Below, piece after piece: positions 47,394 to 60,159 of a stretch of DNA of 64,000 bases. A model generated the notes under the pieces. The model worked only from the letters and a program-made list of their open reading frames with translations. It ran no database searches and was not told the origin of the DNA. The position numbers were made by a program, and so were the translations under genes. Origin of the DNA: an uncultured Candidatus Micrarchaeota archaeon. Lineage in GTDB: Archaea > Micrarchaeota > Micrarchaeia > Burarchaeales > Fermentimicrarchaeaceae. Where the stretch lies: NCBI GenBank assembly GCA_963760615.1, contig CAVXDX010000008.1, positions 128,001 through 192,000 on the forward strand, in the 5' to 3' direction. Each line of letters starts with the position of its first letter. The first letter of the stretch is position 1.

Positions 47394-48614
47394 ATGATTC
47401 CTGACAACGAGCTTGAAAGGATTAGAAGCGACTTCCCTATTCTGAAGAACGGGCTGGGGGGCAAGCCTATCGTATATTTTGACAGTGCATGCATGAGCCT
47501 CAGGCCTAGGCAGGTTATGCAGGTCATGAATGAGTATTACGAGGAGTATCCTGCATGCGCCGGCAGGAGCATCCATAAGCTCGGGAAGAAGGTCAACGAC
47601 AAGGTTGCCGAGGCGAGGAGGACAGTTGCAAAATTCCTGGGAGCCAAGAAAAATGAGGAGATAATCTTCACAAGGAACACCACTGAAGGGATAAACCTTG
47701 TTTCCCGCTCCCTGAAGCTGAACAGGGGCGACGTGGTGATAACAAGCGACAGGGAGCACAACTCGAATCTGCTTCCCTGGCAGCTGCTCTCCAAAAGGAG
47801 TGGTGTTGAGCATAGGATAGTTTACTCTACCGACAATATGGAGTTTGATTTGGAGAAATTTGAGGGCATGATGAGCGACAAGGTCAAGCTTGTCTCCATG
47901 GTCCACACTTCTAACCTTGATGGGTACACTCTTCCTGCAGGCGAGATAGTAAAGATAGCGCACGAGCACGGTGCACTTGTAATGCTTGATGGAGCGCAAT
48001 CTGCTCCGCATATGCCATTGGATATGAGAAGGCTCAACGTTGACTTCTTCGCTTTCTCCGGGCACAAGATGCTAGGCCCCGCGGGCACAGGTGTTCTGTA
48101 CGGAAAGTATGAACTGCTTGAAAAAATGGAGCCCTTCATTATCGGGGGGAGCACTGTCCAGGACTCAACCTATGACTCATACATCCTCCTGAAACCGCCT
48201 GAGAAGTTTGAGGCTGGCCTGCAGAATTATGCGGGCAGTATGGGGCTTGCAGAAGCAGCTCGTTACCTTGAGAGGGTTGGGAGAGAGAAGATTGAGAAGC
48301 ACGAGAATGAGCTTAACAAATTCATCAGCGAGAGGCTTATGCAGATGGAAGGGACAAGCATAATAGGACCAAAGCAGGTTGAGCTGAGGGGAGGAAGTGT
48401 ATCCTTCAACGTGGAAGGTCTGAACTTCCATGACATAGCAATAATGCTGGATGAGAAGAATATAATGGTACGCTCCGGGCAGCACTGCGTGCACTCATGG
48501 TTCAACGCCCACAAGATCCCGGGATGCGTAAGGGTGTCTTTATATTTGTACAATACAAAAGAGGAAGCAGAAAAGTTCCTGAATGTCATGACGGAGATTT
48601 CGAAACTGAGGTGA
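47394..48614 (+). CDS. sufS: Cysteine desulfurase (SufS-like)
   Basis: YFDSAC, FTRNTTEGIN, EHNSNL, DGAQS, FSGHKMLGP, RSGQHC. Confidence 0.9.
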   Translation: MIPDNELERIRSDFPILKNGLGGKPIVYFDSACMSLRPRQVMQVMNEYYEEYPACAGRSIHKLGKKVNDKVAEARRTVAKFLGAKKNEEIIFTRNTTEGINLVSRSLKLNRGDVVITSDREHNSNLLPWQLLSKRSGVEHRIVYSTDNMEFDLEKFEGMMSDKVKLVSMVHTSNLDGYTLPAGEIVKIAHEHGALVMLDGAQSAPHMPLDMRRLNVDFFAFSGHKMLGPAGTGVLYGKYELLEKMEPFIIGGSTVQDSTYDSYILLKPPEKFEAGLQNYAGSMGLAEAARYLERVGREKIEKHENELNKFISERLMQMEGTSIIGPKQVELRGGSVSFNVEGLNFHDIAIMLDEKNIMVRSGQHCVHSWFNAHKIPGCVRVSLYLYNTKEEAEKFLNVMTEISKLR

Positions 48615-48618
48615 GCTG

Positions 48619-49278
48619 ATGATTTTATGCCTTGTGGCAATGATCGTATTCGGCATACTAGGAATATTCTCGGCAAAATACAGAGTATGGGCCAAGGAAG
48701 CTTTTGGATGCTTCTTCAAAACTGTCCAGCTCAAGCCATGCGACAGCAAGCTTGACCAGAGGATAAAGTCGAAGCTCGTAGCAGGAATTATGAGGTACTC
48801 GCCATGGCTGGCAAAGCAGGTATACAGGAATTTTGAAGTTCTATCTTGGATTTTCACAATTATTTTCTTCGCGAGCATGGCATATTCGTTATACTCCATT
48901 TACAACCTCATTGCCTACGGGAGCTGCAGCCCAGGCAGCTACTGCATATTCAATCCTGGCGCAAACATTACAAGCGGCAATACATGCAACATAACCGGCA
49001 AGTTCATTGAGTTCTACGGTGAAGGATGCCCCCACTGTGCGAATATGGTTCCAGTAGTCGCGCAGGTTGAGAATGAGACAGGCGTTAAGTTTGATAAGCT
49101 GGAGGTTTGGTACAACAGCACCAACAAGAATATTTTCATGAATTACTCGGCGGATATAGGAAGGGACTGCCGTGGAGTTCTTGGCACGCCTACTTTCCTG
49201 AGCCTGAAAACAAACAAGTCAGTATGCGGCGAGATTAGCTCTGATGCTCTGAAGAGTTTCATCATGCAGAACGGCTAG
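48619..49278 (+). CDS. Membrane-anchored thioredoxin-family protein
   Basis: N-terminal TMs; C-terminal EFYGEGCPHC and GTPT. Confidence 0.85.
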   Translation: MILCLVAMIVFGILGIFSAKYRVWAKEAFGCFFKTVQLKPCDSKLDQRIKSKLVAGIMRYSPWLAKQVYRNFEVLSWIFTIIFFASMAYSLYSIYNLIAYGSCSPGSYCIFNPGANITSGNTCNITGKFIEFYGEGCPHCANMVPVVAQVENETGVKFDKLEVWYNSTNKNIFMNYSADIGRDCRGVLGTPTFLSLKTNKSVCGEISSDALKSFIMQNG

Positions 49279-49718
49279 GTTTCAAGCCTCCTGCAGAATA
49301 CGTAGAACCTCTCTCCGTTCTTCTCAAGCTCTTTTTTGAGGATGAAACCGTGCCTCTCGTAGAAATGTATTGCCGTGGGATTATCGCACCTAACATTGAG
49401 GTATAATATCCTCTTCCCATTTTCCGTTGAGAACTCAATTGTCTTCCTAATGAGCGCGTCGCCGACTCCACGGCCTCTGAATTTCTCATCCACGGCCATG
49501 CCCATCAGCTTTGCCGTTTTTTGTCTTAGCCTTATATCAACAAAACCCACAACCTCGGAGTTTACGACAGCAACAAAGTAGTTGTAGCCGAGCGATAGCC
49601 TCCAGGCTACTTTTGAAGGCGTCATCCTCATATGCGGGAAGTTCCTGTTGGTCAGCCTTGCGACAGCCTCGAAATCTCCTTCCTCAATATTTCGTATTAA
49701 TGGCTCGAAGAGAGTCGT
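49275..49718 (-). CDS. GNAT (RimI-like) acetyltransferase; probable ACG start
   Basis: IRNIEEGDFEAV, VVGFV, MAVDEKFRGRGVG, N..AIHFYERHGF; frame open to a TAA upstream of 49718. Confidence 0.85.
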   Translation of the reverse strand, partial: TTLFEPLIRNIEEGDFEAVARLTNRNFPHMRMTPSKVAWRLSLGYNYFVAVVNSEVVGFVDIRLRQKTAKLMGMAVDEKFRGRGVGDALIRKTIEFSTENGKRILYLNVRCDNPTAIHFYERHGFILKKELEKNGERFYVFCRRLET

Positions 49719-49797
49719 AAAAACACCTCTACGGATAATATTTTAAGAGTGTAGTTTTAATATTTGGAGTATAAATTCAGTTGCTCGGGTTGAGTGA

Positions 49798-50355
49798 ATG
49801 CGTATAAAAGAGTTGTTCCAAGGAATTGCAATGGGGTTAATGGATGGTCTGATTACGCTGCTCGGGATTATTGTTGGAGTTGGAGTGGCAACAGATGATG
49901 CGAAAGTAGTCATAATCTCCGGACTGATTGGCGGAATTTCAAACAGCTTCGGCACGTCAATCGGATTTTATACATCAGAAAACGCGGAGAGGGGCCAGCA
50001 GATAGAATTTTATAAAAAGAGCAAGGGTACTAGGAAAGATTTGCAGTATATACATTCGCATACAGAGATAATTGGTAGCGCAGTACTAAGTTTTATTGCA
50101 GGCGCTTTTGCCATAGTACTACCACTTCTTCCCTTCTTCCTTCTTTCAGATATAATGGCTAGCATGGTAAGCTCTTTGGTGATATCTGCTATGCTGCTCT
50201 TCGTGCTCGGGTATTATATTGGGAAGATAAATGAAACTGATAGGTTAAGAAGCGGATTGAAATATGCTTTTTTGGGAATTATGAGTTCCATTGTTGCCTT
50301 TGTTTTGGGAGAGATTCTCAGGCGTTTTATTGAGGAAAAAAGTGGAATCTGGTAG
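49798..50355 (+). CDS. VIT1/CCC1 family transporter
   Basis: GLMDGLIT, GISNSFG..GFYTSE; multi-TM. Confidence 0.88.
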   Translation: MRIKELFQGIAMGLMDGLITLLGIIVGVGVATDDAKVVIISGLIGGISNSFGTSIGFYTSENAERGQQIEFYKKSKGTRKDLQYIHSHTEIIGSAVLSFIAGAFAIVLPLLPFFLLSDIMASMVSSLVISAMLLFVLGYYIGKINETDRLRSGLKYAFLGIMSSIVAFVLGEILRRFIEEKSGIW

Positions 50356-50431
50356 AGCTGAGTTCAAAGTAACCAAGCGAAAGATGAAACTTTACAATAG
50401 TTTTTTAATAAGTATGCATAAAAATTATTGC

Positions 50432-50986
50432 ATGGAAAATCTAGTACCTAAAAAAATGTTTTTGACAAAAGGCGTTGGAAAGGATGTAGACCCTTTGTCC
50501 TCTTTTGAGCGCGCCTTGAAGGATGCGGGAATCGAGAGATGCAACCTAGTGAACGTCTCGAGTATCCTGTCGCCAGAATGCGATATAATTCCAAGAGAGA
50601 AGGGCGTGGAGCTGCTCAAACCAGGGCAGATAACCTTTGTGGTGATGAGCAGAAACTCCTCCAATGAGCCCAACAGGCTTATATCTGCATCAATTGGAGT
50701 TGCCGTACCTGCGGATAAAAGTGCCTACGGGTATCTTAGCGAATACCACTCATTTGGGGAGACTGATGAGAAAGCCGGGGATAAGGCAGAGGATTTGGCT
50801 GCGAGCATGCTTGCATCCACCTTGGGAATAGATTTTGATATGAACCAGAGCTGGGATGAGAAGGAGCAGCTCTTCAAGCTCAGCGGCAAGATAGTCAGAA
50901 CAAGGAACATCGCCCAGTCCACTATTGTTGACAAGGACGGAATGTGGATGACTGTGATAGCAGCTGCAGTCCTGCTTCTTGATTAG
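50432..50986 (+). CDS. pdaD: Pyruvoyl-dependent arginine decarboxylase
   Basis: FLTKGVG, SFERALKDAGI, NLVNVS|SIL self-cleavage site, GYLSEYH. Confidence 0.93.
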   Translation: MENLVPKKMFLTKGVGKDVDPLSSFERALKDAGIERCNLVNVSSILSPECDIIPREKGVELLKPGQITFVVMSRNSSNEPNRLISASIGVAVPADKSAYGYLSEYHSFGETDEKAGDKAEDLAASMLASTLGIDFDMNQSWDEKEQLFKLSGKIVRTRNIAQSTIVDKDGMWMTVIAAAVLLLD

Positions 50987-50991
50987 GCTAA

Positions 50992-52488
50992 TTAGCTTAG
51001 GGCACTCGCTCCTTCTATGTCTACTGGGCAGAAGTCATCGGTCAAGAGGGCATCAGCCGATGTGTTTATATCTTTTTCATAATAGTGATTCGCCAGCTCG
51101 CGTGTGCTGTTGTCGCTCGAGCGCTGGTTCACCAGCGATATGAAATCCGCCTTGCTTCCATAGCTGACATCGGTTGCAAACATCACAACGTTTTGCAGTG
51201 ATGTGTAGTTCCCGTACATTGTTGGAAACAGGTACACGTTTTTGAAACTGCTTTTGTAGACTCTAGTTAGTGACCCCAGCAAGGCTGCTTTCGGCCCCTC
51301 GACTGGAGATATGATGTTTACTAGAACAATGCCGTTGGGATTCAGATGGGATTTCAACTCCTCAACAAATTCCACCGTTGTGAGGTGGAAGGGAGGAATG
51401 ACTGCTATGTACGCATCCACAACGATATAGTCATACTTCTCGTTTGAATTTTTTAGTAAGATGCGCCCGTCACCAATTTCAGTTCTCATTCTTTCAGTCT
51501 CTGAAAAGTTGAAGAATCTTTTTGCAACATCCAATATCTCTGGGTCTATCTCAGCCACCGTGATATCCGCATCTGTCTTTCTGTGCATGTCCATGGGCAT
51601 GACACCTCCGCCAAGCCCAATGAAAAAAGCCTTTTTTATGTCCGGTTTCAGCACGTATATCAGCTTCTGGTATTTTTGGTAGTCAAGCAGTGGGTTTGCC
51701 GGGTTTAGGGAAACTCTCGTCTGAGCAAAGTATGGGGATATATAAATCGTCCTAATGGTTTTGTCAGGTGAATCCATAACCCGCATATACTGGTAGAGGG
51801 AGTAATTCTCGTATAGGAGTTTGTTTTGCGAGGGTGCGAAGTTCATCGGTTGCGGGACTATAGAGTTTACAGCTAGGCCAAGCATAAGGGGGAATATTCC
51901 CTTCTTGCCAAGGAATAAAACTGAATTGGCTATGAGGATGATGCTGAGGGAGAAGAGAATCGCCTTGATTCCCATGTTCGGCATTATGTAGAAACCTGTC
52001 AGCAGGGTCCCCAGGATGCTGCCAACTGTTGATATTGCGTATATATTCCCTGAAATCTCGCCTATAACCCTCAGCTTTTTGGCGCTTAGTTTTATCAGAT
52101 AAGGAGATATCATTGCAAGTAGTATGCTGGGAATTGAGAAAAGGCAGATGGATCCAAGAATTGGGCCGTACATTATGCCCAGATAGGAGGAAAAGTTCAG
52201 TATTGGGTAGGAGATAAGCGGGATTACGGCTATGGATAGGCCTGAGAGGATGTATATCAACGCTACATAATTGCCCTCTGGTTTTCTGTCCGCCAGCTTG
52301 CCTCCCAAAAAGTATCCAACTGCAAGGGAGGCCATCATCACAGAGATTACCCCTATCCACGTGAAGATGGAACTGCCGAGGAATGGCTCAAGTATCCTTG
52401 TCGCAATTATCTCCAGCACCATCATTGACGACCCTGAGATGAGGGCGGAGATGTAGATTGTAAGGGTGAGCGAATGCTTGCCTATCAT
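50992..52488 (-). CDS. Membrane (MFS-like) fused spermidine-synthase-like protein
   Basis: N-terminal multi-TM region; GLGGG, AEIDPEI, GDGR, IVVDAY, LTDDFCP. Confidence 0.85.
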   Translation of the reverse strand: MIGKHSLTLTIYISALISGSSMMVLEIIATRILEPFLGSSIFTWIGVISVMMASLAVGYFLGGKLADRKPEGNYVALIYILSGLSIAVIPLISYPILNFSSYLGIMYGPILGSICLFSIPSILLAMISPYLIKLSAKKLRVIGEISGNIYAISTVGSILGTLLTGFYIMPNMGIKAILFSLSIILIANSVLFLGKKGIFPLMLGLAVNSIVPQPMNFAPSQNKLLYENYSLYQYMRVMDSPDKTIRTIYISPYFAQTRVSLNPANPLLDYQKYQKLIYVLKPDIKKAFFIGLGGGVMPMDMHRKTDADITVAEIDPEILDVAKRFFNFSETERMRTEIGDGRILLKNSNEKYDYIVVDAYIAVIPPFHLTTVEFVEELKSHLNPNGIVLVNIISPVEGPKAALLGSLTRVYKSSFKNVYLFPTMYGNYTSLQNVVMFATDVSYGSKADFISLVNQRSSDNSTRELANHYYEKDINTSADALLTDDFCPVDIEGASALS

Positions 52489-52629
52489 TTTATCACAAAA
52501 TGATTTCGCATGATAATTTTAAATGAATATGCGGCTTCTGAGAATGAAATCTTTAAATACGGCATAAGAATGCTGATTCCAGCAGGGATAGGTCTGGTTG
52601 CGTAACTGCTGTCCGTGCCCCTAAAGAGC

Positions 52630-54819
52630 TCAGTCCATGAAATCCTGTGGGGTAGGTGGCTCCTTCTTATCTCCTTTCCTCTCTCTTATCTGCCCCACTA
52701 CCTTGTCCTGCAAATCTTTTGGAAGCCTCTCAAAGCCTGCATATTCATAATACCAGAGAGCCCTTCCCTGAGTTGCTCCACGTATGTCATCTGAGAAGCC
52801 GAACATGTCTGAGACAGGAACCTTGGCCGTGAGGGTGACTATCTCCTCCTCCTGCTGTATATCAAGAATCTGGCCCCTCCTTGCCTGGACCTGCGATATG
52901 ACTGGCCCCATGTACTCCTGCGGAGCCTGCACAAGCAGCTTCTGTTTTGGCTCAAGCAGCACTGTCCCTGCAATCAGCATTGCTGCGTAGATGGGCCTCC
53001 TTATTGCGGGTATTATCTGGGCAGGCCCTCTGTGCACCGGGTCCTCGTGTATTGTTGCATCAGTAATCTTCACCTTGACCCCCGTAACCTTCTCCTTGGC
53101 AAGCGGGCCGAGGTTCACTGCTTCCTCAAAGCCCTGTATGAGAAGCTCCATCACCTCATTCATGTATTGTATGCCCCGGGTCATATCTATGAGCAGGCAT
53201 TTGTTGAATACATCCTTGACGTTCTTTGCCTCCTCCCTGTCCAGCCCCCCCTCTATGAAAACGTCAACAAGCTTCTTTCCCTTTGGCTTGCCCTCCGGAA
53301 TCTCTCCTTCACTCATCTTCTTGTAGACTCCCTCCTCAAGAGGTTCTACGATCACCTTGAATTTGCTGTGCTTGTTTGGTGATTTTCCCTCAACGGGGCC
53401 TGCCGGTCCAGTTATCGTCTCCCTGTAAACAACTATCGGCTTTGAAGTCTCTATCTCAATCTTGCCTTCCTTCAAAACCTTGTACTCGACTATCTCAAGG
53501 TGCAGCTCACCCATTCCCGAGATGAGGTGCTCTCCAGTCTCCTGGTTTATCTCAACCTTTATGGTTGGGTCCTCCTTTGCGAGCTTTCTCAGCACCTCAA
53601 CGAGTTTCACCAGATCCTTGGTGTTCTTGGCCTCTATGGATTTTGTAACAACAGGTTCGGAGTAGTGCTTTATCTGCTCAAACGGCTCTATCTTCTCCTC
53701 GCTTACAGTTTCCCCTACATATAGGTTGTGGAGCCCCACAACGGCTGCTATATTGCCGGCAGGAACTTCCTCCACCATAACCCTGTCAGGACCCATGTAA
53801 ACGCCAACCTGCTGAATCTTCTCAGTCTGAAGTGTGGATGCAACAGTAACCTCAACCCCCTTTTTCACAGTGCCTGAAAATACACGGCCTATGCCAACCT
53901 CTCCTGCATGCTCGTCTATGACGACACCGAATACAATCATGCACACCTTCGCCTTTGGATCGCAGTTTGTCATTCCCTTCCCAGTCTCGCTCTCCAAATC
54001 GCCCTTCCACAGTGTCTGAATTCTGTATTTCTGCGCCACTGCGGGGTTTGGAAGGTGCTTCACAGCCATCTCAAGCAGAACCTCCTCCAGAGGGGCTTTC
54101 TCAACAAGCGATTTGTGGTCCTCAATACTGCAATACTTGTATACATCCTTGAAGGTCAGCTTGGTTTTCTGCATGAACGGGAAGCTCAGGCCCCACTTGT
54201 TGTAGGCAGAGCCGAAAGCCACGTTGCCCTTCTCTACCGTTATGAGCCACTCCTCCTTGAATTCCTTCGAGCCGTAGCGGTGTATCAAGTCATTGACGGA
54301 CTTTATTATCTTGGTAAGCCTGTCCTGCATATCCTCAGGCCCCAGCTTTAATTCATTTATCAGCCTGTCAATCTTGTTTATGAATAGAACTGGCTTCGCC
54401 TTCTCCTTCAATGCTTGCCTGAGAACAGTTTCTGTCTGAGGCATCACTCCTTCAACCGAGTCTATCACCAGGATGGCACCGTCAATTGCTCGCATTGCCC
54501 TTGTCACATGCCCTCCAAAGTCTATGTGCCCGGGGGTGTCTATAAGGTTTATCAGGTAGTCCTTCCCACCATGGTGGAACCCCAGGGATATGTCTGATGC
54601 CTTTATGGTCATGCTCCTCTGCTGCTCTATCTCCTCCGAGTCCATCACCTTCAGCTCGCCGGCAAGCTCCTTTGAGATAAGGCCTGCTCCTGCAACAAGA
54701 GAATCTGTCAGGGTTGTCTTACCATGGTCCACATGGGCGATTATCGCTATGTTCCTTATGTGCTCTGGCTCGTACATGAGTTTCTGAACTTCGTCTACGA
54801 CAAACTCTTTTCTGACCAT
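52630..54819 (-). CDS. fusA: Elongation factor 2
   Basis: AHVDHGKTT, DTPGH, NKID, GMGELHL, diphthamide loop HEDPVHRGPAQ. Confidence 0.97.
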   Translation of the reverse strand: MVRKEFVVDEVQKLMYEPEHIRNIAIIAHVDHGKTTLTDSLVAGAGLISKELAGELKVMDSEEIEQQRSMTIKASDISLGFHHGGKDYLINLIDTPGHIDFGGHVTRAMRAIDGAILVIDSVEGVMPQTETVLRQALKEKAKPVLFINKIDRLINELKLGPEDMQDRLTKIIKSVNDLIHRYGSKEFKEEWLITVEKGNVAFGSAYNKWGLSFPFMQKTKLTFKDVYKYCSIEDHKSLVEKAPLEEVLLEMAVKHLPNPAVAQKYRIQTLWKGDLESETGKGMTNCDPKAKVCMIVFGVVIDEHAGEVGIGRVFSGTVKKGVEVTVASTLQTEKIQQVGVYMGPDRVMVEEVPAGNIAAVVGLHNLYVGETVSEEKIEPFEQIKHYSEPVVTKSIEAKNTKDLVKLVEVLRKLAKEDPTIKVEINQETGEHLISGMGELHLEIVEYKVLKEGKIEIETSKPIVVYRETITGPAGPVEGKSPNKHSKFKVIVEPLEEGVYKKMSEGEIPEGKPKGKKLVDVFIEGGLDREEAKNVKDVFNKCLLIDMTRGIQYMNEVMELLIQGFEEAVNLGPLAKEKVTGVKVKITDATIHEDPVHRGPAQIIPAIRRPIYAAMLIAGTVLLEPKQKLLVQAPQEYMGPVISQVQARRGQILDIQQEEEIVTLTAKVPVSDMFGFSDDIRGATQGRALWYYEYAGFERLPKDLQDKVVGQIRERKGDKKEPPTPQDFMD

Positions 54820-54835
54820 AGAATCACCAAAGAGG

Positions 54836-55438
54836 TTACCTGGCGCTCCTTGCCATTCTCTCAGTCTCGTCCCTCTTCTTTATTGCATAGCTGTTCGGGT
54901 CATTCTTCGCAGCAAGGGTTATCTCATCGGCAAGTGCCTCGGAAAGAGTCTTCTTCTTGTCAAAAGCGCCTATAATTGCGGACAGGCTGATATTTCTCAG
55001 CGCCATATCCAGCCTCCTTCCTGCTGAAACATCAACAGCAACTTGGTATGAGACTCCTCCGTACTGCACCCTTGTGGTATCCTCCCTAGGAGCAGTATTC
55101 TGGATGGCATCAATAAAAACCTGAACAGGGTTTGACTTGGTTGACCGGGCTATGGAATCGAAAGCCTCCTCGACAATTTTCATTGCCGTGAACTTCTTCC
55201 CCTGCAGCCTCCCGTGGGTCCTTATCACCTTTCCTGACGTCTTCTCCCCTGTTCCTCCCCTCATGAGCTTGTTCACAAGCCTCTCTACAATATTGACCTT
55301 CATCTTCCCGAACTGCTTGTTGGTATGCCTGCCGTGGGAATGGGGTATTGAAACTGGTGAAAGGTCTATGTATTTCTTGAGGCTAGGGTCTGTGACCTGG
55401 ACCTCGGTCATGTCATATTTGTCGAAGATTTTTTCCAT
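54836..55438 (-). CDS. rps7: 30S ribosomal protein S7
   Basis: IVERLVNKLM, NPVQV, APREDT, QVAVDVS. Confidence 0.97.
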   Translation of the reverse strand: MEKIFDKYDMTEVQVTDPSLKKYIDLSPVSIPHSHGRHTNKQFGKMKVNIVERLVNKLMRGGTGEKTSGKVIRTHGRLQGKKFTAMKIVEEAFDSIARSTKSNPVQVFIDAIQNTAPREDTTRVQYGGVSYQVAVDVSAGRRLDMALRNISLSAIIGAFDKKKTLSEALADEITLAAKNDPNSYAIKKRDETERMARSAR

Positions 55439-55443
55439 CTCAA

Positions 55444-55872
55444 CTACCTCTTGGGCTTCTCCTTCCTGCCTATCCTCACATCCTCAAGCGGGACTCCGTT
55501 GACTGCAACAACCTTGTACCTGACTCCCGGGATGGAACCCACCTGCCCCCTCTGTGAGCCCCCAAGTCCTTCTATAGTGACCTCATCATGCTCGTCTATG
55601 AAGCTTATTGCTCCGTCTTTTGGAGCGAAGACAGTGATTATCTTTCCATTCTTGATGAGCTGCACCCTCACGCATTTTATCAAGCCTGAGTGAGGCTGCT
55701 TCTGCTCAAGCGCCTTCTTCTCAAGAACGATGCCCTTGGCCTGGGGCGAACCCTCAAGCGGGTCGAACCTGTCCTTGAGCCTGAGCTTCCTCCTCTTCCA
55801 GGGCTTCTTCAGCCATTTCATCTTCTGTCTTTTCCTTTTCAAATCCCTTGCTGCGAACTCTCCTCTCCCCAT
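55444..55872 (-). CDS. rps12: 30S ribosomal protein S12
   Basis: [29 protein letters not shown]. Confidence 0.97.
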   Translation of the reverse strand: MGRGEFAARDLKRKRQKMKWLKKPWKRRKLRLKDRFDPLEGSPQAKGIVLEKKALEQKQPHSGLIKCVRVQLIKNGKIITVFAPKDGAISFIDEHDEVTIEGLGGSQRGQVGSIPGVRYKVVAVNGVPLEDVRIGRKEKPKR

Positions 55873-55880
55873 ATATCCAC

Positions 55881-56297
55881 CTAGAACAACTTCAAATCCA
55901 TACCAAAATACCTTTGCATTAGCATCCTCGCCATCTTCACTTTCTCTCCGTTCCTCCCTATTGCCGTCCCCCTGTCTCTTGGGTCAACAGTTATCTGAAC
56001 AATCCTGCTTGCCCCAGAATCATCAATTTTGAGACTTTTTATTTCAACCGCAGAGAATATATTTCTTACGAACCTCTCTGGCTCTTCTGCATATTCAACG
56101 ACCTCAACCCTCCTCCTGAAAGCATCTCTCACCCTCATTATTGCGCTGCCGCCCTTTCCAATTGCCCTTCCGAGCTCCCCCTCGCTTACCACGAAGATGG
56201 CAGTATCCTTGTCTACCACACAATCCCTAGCAGAGGCACCGGTGAGCTGCTGGAAGAGCGTCATGCACTTGATGTCATCATTGGTCAGCTTCACCAA
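55881..56297 (-). CDS. nusA: Archaeal NusA (KH domains)
   Basis: AIGKGG and AIGRNGE KH motifs; position between L30e and S12. Confidence 0.93.
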   Translation of the reverse strand: MVKLTNDDIKCMTLFQQLTGASARDCVVDKDTAIFVVSEGELGRAIGKGGSAIMRVRDAFRRRVEVVEYAEEPERFVRNIFSAVEIKSLKIDDSGASRIVQITVDPRDRGTAIGRNGEKVKMARMLMQRYFGMDLKLF

Positions 56298-56301
56298 GCA
56301 A

Positions 56302-56601
56302 TCACTTCACAAGCTCTAGTATGTTGGAGTTCCCTGGGTCATGTATGCTCAATGCAGAAATCGGAAATGGTTTTCCGCATAAGGAGCCTAACTCCAAAGA
56401 TGTGCCGTTGAATTCATGCACAGCAGTTTTTGACAACTTAGAATAATATGAGATATCTTCTTTAAATTTCTTTGGGCAGTTGCTTGAGACAACTATGAGC
56501 CTTACCTCCCCGCTTGAGGCGAGGCGCAACGCACGGTTAACCCCGAACTCCACCTTGCCAGTGTCCACGGCCATCCTTATTGCTTTGTCAATATCTACCA
56601 T
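56302..56601 (-). CDS. rpl30e: 50S ribosomal protein L30e
   Basis: AVDTGKVEFG, SSNCP, ELGSLCGKPF. Confidence 0.95.
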   Translation of the reverse strand: MVDIDKAIRMAVDTGKVEFGVNRALRLASSGEVRLIVVSSNCPKKFKEDISYYSKLSKTAVHEFNGTSLELGSLCGKPFPISALSIHDPGNSNILELVK

Positions 56602-56605
56602 AGAA

Positions 56606-60155
<3,550 letters not shown>

Positions 60156-60159
60156 TCCA

